From: Azolla caroliniana
Taxonomy: Eukaryota; Plantae; Polypodiophyta
DNA: 64,000 nt
Direction: 5' to 3'
Assembly (NCBI GenBank): GCA_043228905.1
Contig: JBHGNT010000005.1
Span: 9,114,001-9,178,000 of the forward strand
The notes under the pieces were generated by a model that was not told the origin of the DNA, made no database searches, and worked only from the letters and a program-made list of their open reading frames with translations. The translations under genes were made by a program, and so were the position numbers. Positions 61,098-64,000 of the stretch are shown piece after piece. Numbering within the stretch: the stretch's first letter is position 1; the number at the start of each line of letters is the position of its first letter.

Positions 61098-64000
61098 TGT
61101 GTTGACCGGTCAGAAGAGCAAGGACAAGTGGGAAGGCGGAGTCGGATCGGATAATAGGAAGTAAATAATAGTATAATTATTATTCGGAGGGACGGATCCG
61201 GTACAGTTGTACCGATCCGGATCCGGACCGATTCGGATGCCGGTTGCCTAAGCGCACCGATTGTAACCTTGCCGGATGCCTATAAAAGGATCCGATGATT
61301 TGTAGAGGCTTTACGAAAGTAATACAAAAGTAATTATTGCGTGTTTATCTGTATCTTTGTATTGTTTTACCGTCTGTGCTTAATTGTAATCATCTGACGC
61401 GTGTAACCTAGCATCCAATCCTTACCACCCCTTTGGAGAAGTGTCGGACAGACACCTGTGTTGAGGCTAGTCCGGCCAGGCAGACAACAACACGAACTCT
61501 CAACCCTCATGACGAGGAAGAAGAAGAAAACTACCAAGATAAAACCGCCTAACCCTAATCTACTGGTATACCCCCTAACACAAAATGGGCAACCCATTTA
61601 CAAAGGGTGCTCCCCACCTTTTATAGAACAAGGAGAGGGATGTGTAACAATGTGGGATAAATCCCTTATTACATGGGATCCTCTGTCCCAACTTAACTCC
61701 TATTGTTCACACGTTTTTACAAGGGTAAGTGCACATGGTGCACTCTGCCGATTCTTCCGACATTCCCCGGTTTCTCACTGTGGCCCGAAATCTTCACGAC
61801 AACGTCCCGACAATCGCAAAGAATATGGTGTCGGTCGGGCAGATCATCGACCAAGTTATGTAGGTGCAATTCACGCATCTCGGTTGCTTCATTGAGGAAG
61901 AGGGCTAGATCATCGTGCAAGGGCGCCGGGACGGGAGGATGTTCAATCTCAACACCAATGATGTAGGCACTGTCTTGTTTGCAAAAGGATTGAAAGTCCA
62001 GTCGGATATTGACTTGTGGCACAAGCAGATCGGCCACGTAAACTATCAAAGGCTTCAAGACCTGCAATCGAAATAGGTTGTTTTCGGATTGCCAAAATTT
62101 AGTGGCCGTAAGGCCCAAATTTGTGAAGCTTGCCATCTTGGGAAGAAACATCGGCTTCTATTCCCCACCAAAAGAAACCGGAGCCGTAACAAGATCGACT
62201 TGATACATTCGGATGTATGGGGACCAACACAGAACGTTAGTCTTGGCGGGAGATGATATTTCGTCTCCTTCATCGACGACCAAAGCTGGCACATGTGGAT
62301 CTATCTCATCAAGAAGAAAAGCGAAGTCTTCGACTATTTCTGGAACTTACAACGTCTTGTCGAAAGGGAAATAGAGAGAAAGATCAAGTGCCTATGGTCG
62401 AATGACGGAAAAGAATACTTTTCTGGCCAATTCAACAGTTATTTGATGCAGAAAGGAATTTAGAGGGAATGCAGCTACCGATACACACCGGGAAAAAATG
62501 GTGTGGCCGAAAGGATGAACCGGTCGATCATCGAGGCGGCACGAGTAATGCTGGAAGAGAAGAGCATGCGTAAGTTCTACTGGGCCGAAGCCGTCTGGAC
62601 TGTCGTCTACATCCAAAACCGGATCGGGTTTAAGGTGTCAACGCACGAGCTATATTTCGGACGAAAGCTAAATTTAAGGCACTTTAGGATATTTGCTAGC
62701 ATTATTGCCTATGTGCATGTACCAGATGAGAAGCTGGACCCAAAGTTGGAGAAGTGCATACTAGTCGGTTGCCCACATGAGCAAAAAGGGTATAAGTGCT
62801 ACAACCCTTAGACAAAGGCAGTCTGAGTAAGCCAAGATGTCGAGTTTGACGAATCAACCTCCTAGTACTCTCTATTGACTCAGACCCCCGACTCCGATCT
62901 GATACTGGATGATGAGTCCAGTGAGCCCGAAATGATCGGGGCAGAAGATGAAGAAGGATTCGGTACTCTAGGCGAGAGTTCGATCTCACTTCGGTTGAGT
63001 GGGCCAAATGAAGAGCTGAGTCGGAAAGACCAGCACGATGAAGAATCGGCGAGCAACGAAGACTCGACCATGCTCTCCCCGCGTAAGGAACCGAGGAAAC
63101 GGTTCACATGCAAAGAGAAAGGGAAGAAGAAGATGTCAGAATATGACACCGGCATAGATGAGTTGGATCGGAGCAAGACCGACTCCGGAAAGAACGAAGG
63201 CGGACCTTCGGAGGTGAAGTCCGAGCCAGGCAAGAGGGCCTTCAAATCGGCTCATGAGAAGTTATGCCGATCGACCCTCCAGAAGAACCCCGTAAAGATA
63301 TATGGGTATAATTAGAACATGGCGCACCACTATGCGTACATGACGAAAGTGGCGGAAGTGTGTGAGCCGGAGAGCTACGCAGAAGCGGCAAAGGACACGC
63401 AATGGCGAGCCGCTATGGAGGAAGAGATGCGGGCACTCAAGGGCAATGACACATGGGACCTGGTTGACCCTCCCCGACATTACAAACCGATCGGTTGCAA
63501 GTGGAACCAGACGGGTTGAGGAGTGTGAGCAAGGCGAGAAGGCGCCAGAAGAAGCCGACTGCAAGGTTCGGCAGACACTAACTCAGCGATCCGACCTCAA
63601 GTTGAGCTTTAGGGGGATTGTTGATCTGACAAACTCAACTGGATCCGGATCGGTATCCGGAACGTAGAACCGGATAGGTATCCGGATCAGTGTCCGGAAC
63701 TAGGAGATGGATCAGATTGTAATCGATAGGCCGTTAAAGGCCTACAATCTTAGCCTAGTATGTAGGCATATTCCTTGGAATTAGTGTTAGTCGCTCGTAT
63801 GAGCATTGAAGTACTTGTCAGTACTTCTGTCAGTCCTTTTAAGGACTAGTATAAATAGTGTTCTGTAGGACATTTGTATGTACAAAGAGTTATTATTTTT
63901 TAATTGAGTTTATGGTATTCTGCTCTCTCTGTCTCTCCTGTGTATTCTCTCTATTCTAAAGCTTCCATTGAACCTGTGCTTACTCTCTTTTACTATCCGG

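Larger units (their letters stand above)
51471..61489 (+). mobile_element. Non-chromovirus Ty3/gypsy element H with an extra 3' ORF
   Basis: LTRs 51471-51858 and 61100-61489, TSD ACACG, PBS-like TGGCGACCAC at 51865-51874. Confidence 0.94.
51081..61801 (-). mobile_element. Solo LTR I of the TGTCGTGAAG family (51081-51470 plus 61495-61801), split by H
   Basis: TGTC...CTTCACGACA termini, TSD ACAT/ACGT. J reads NVHHVPTIAKNMVSVGQI across it. Confidence 0.82.
49455..64000 (+). mobile_element. Ty1/copia element J (same family as B), degenerate
   Basis: 5' LTR 49455 to ~49868 (end and PBS deleted); gag-PR 49893-51080; IN 61806-63300; RT/RH deleted at ~63505; PPT 63611-63618; 3' LTR 63619 to beyond 64000. 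Confidence 0.87.

Noticed and set aside
51471-61489. H or E being minus-strand elements because of the reverse PBS at the right LTR
   Set aside because: gag-pol, the TATA-like box and a PBS after the left LTR are all on the plus strand.

Overview
There are no host genes in this window. It is a fully resolvable stack of nested LTR retrotransposons, and the families point to a non-seed land plant such as a bryophyte or fern (inference). The oldest layer is a chromovirus-like Ty3/gypsy RT (K, minus strand), found in two pieces at 232-332 and 48907-49454. It was split by Ty1/copia element A (333-48906, TSD TTTTG). A's gag contains the non-autonomous gypsy C (6219-44870, minus). C contains copia B (1351-6218) and gypsy E (7814-42700). 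E contains a very young gag-only element F (7892-11364), solo LTR G (12887-13341), near-intact gypsy D1 (13480-20787) and D2 (28351-42690); D2 in turn contains D3 (33162-40082). To the right, copia J (49455 to beyond 64000) contains solo LTR I (51081-61801), which contains gypsy H (51471-61489). Five signals stand out. (1) E and H have no polypurine tract next to the 3' LTR; they carry a sense copy of a tRNA-Arg T-arm/acceptor/CCA end exactly 2 nt before it, suggesting tRNA-primed plus-strand synthesis. (2) The tRNA-Trp-primed family (C, D1-3, F, I and the LTR at 1-231) makes 4-bp target duplications centred on CG. (3) That family has a conserved GGATTTT-TAG -1 frameshift between PR and RT. 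(4) The LTRs of its gag-only members contain antisense tRNA-like Pol III cassettes. (5) E and H share a ~900-1000 aa extra ORF after integrase. All alignments were done by eye, and tRNA assignments rely on recalled plant tRNA 3' ends, so they need database confirmation.
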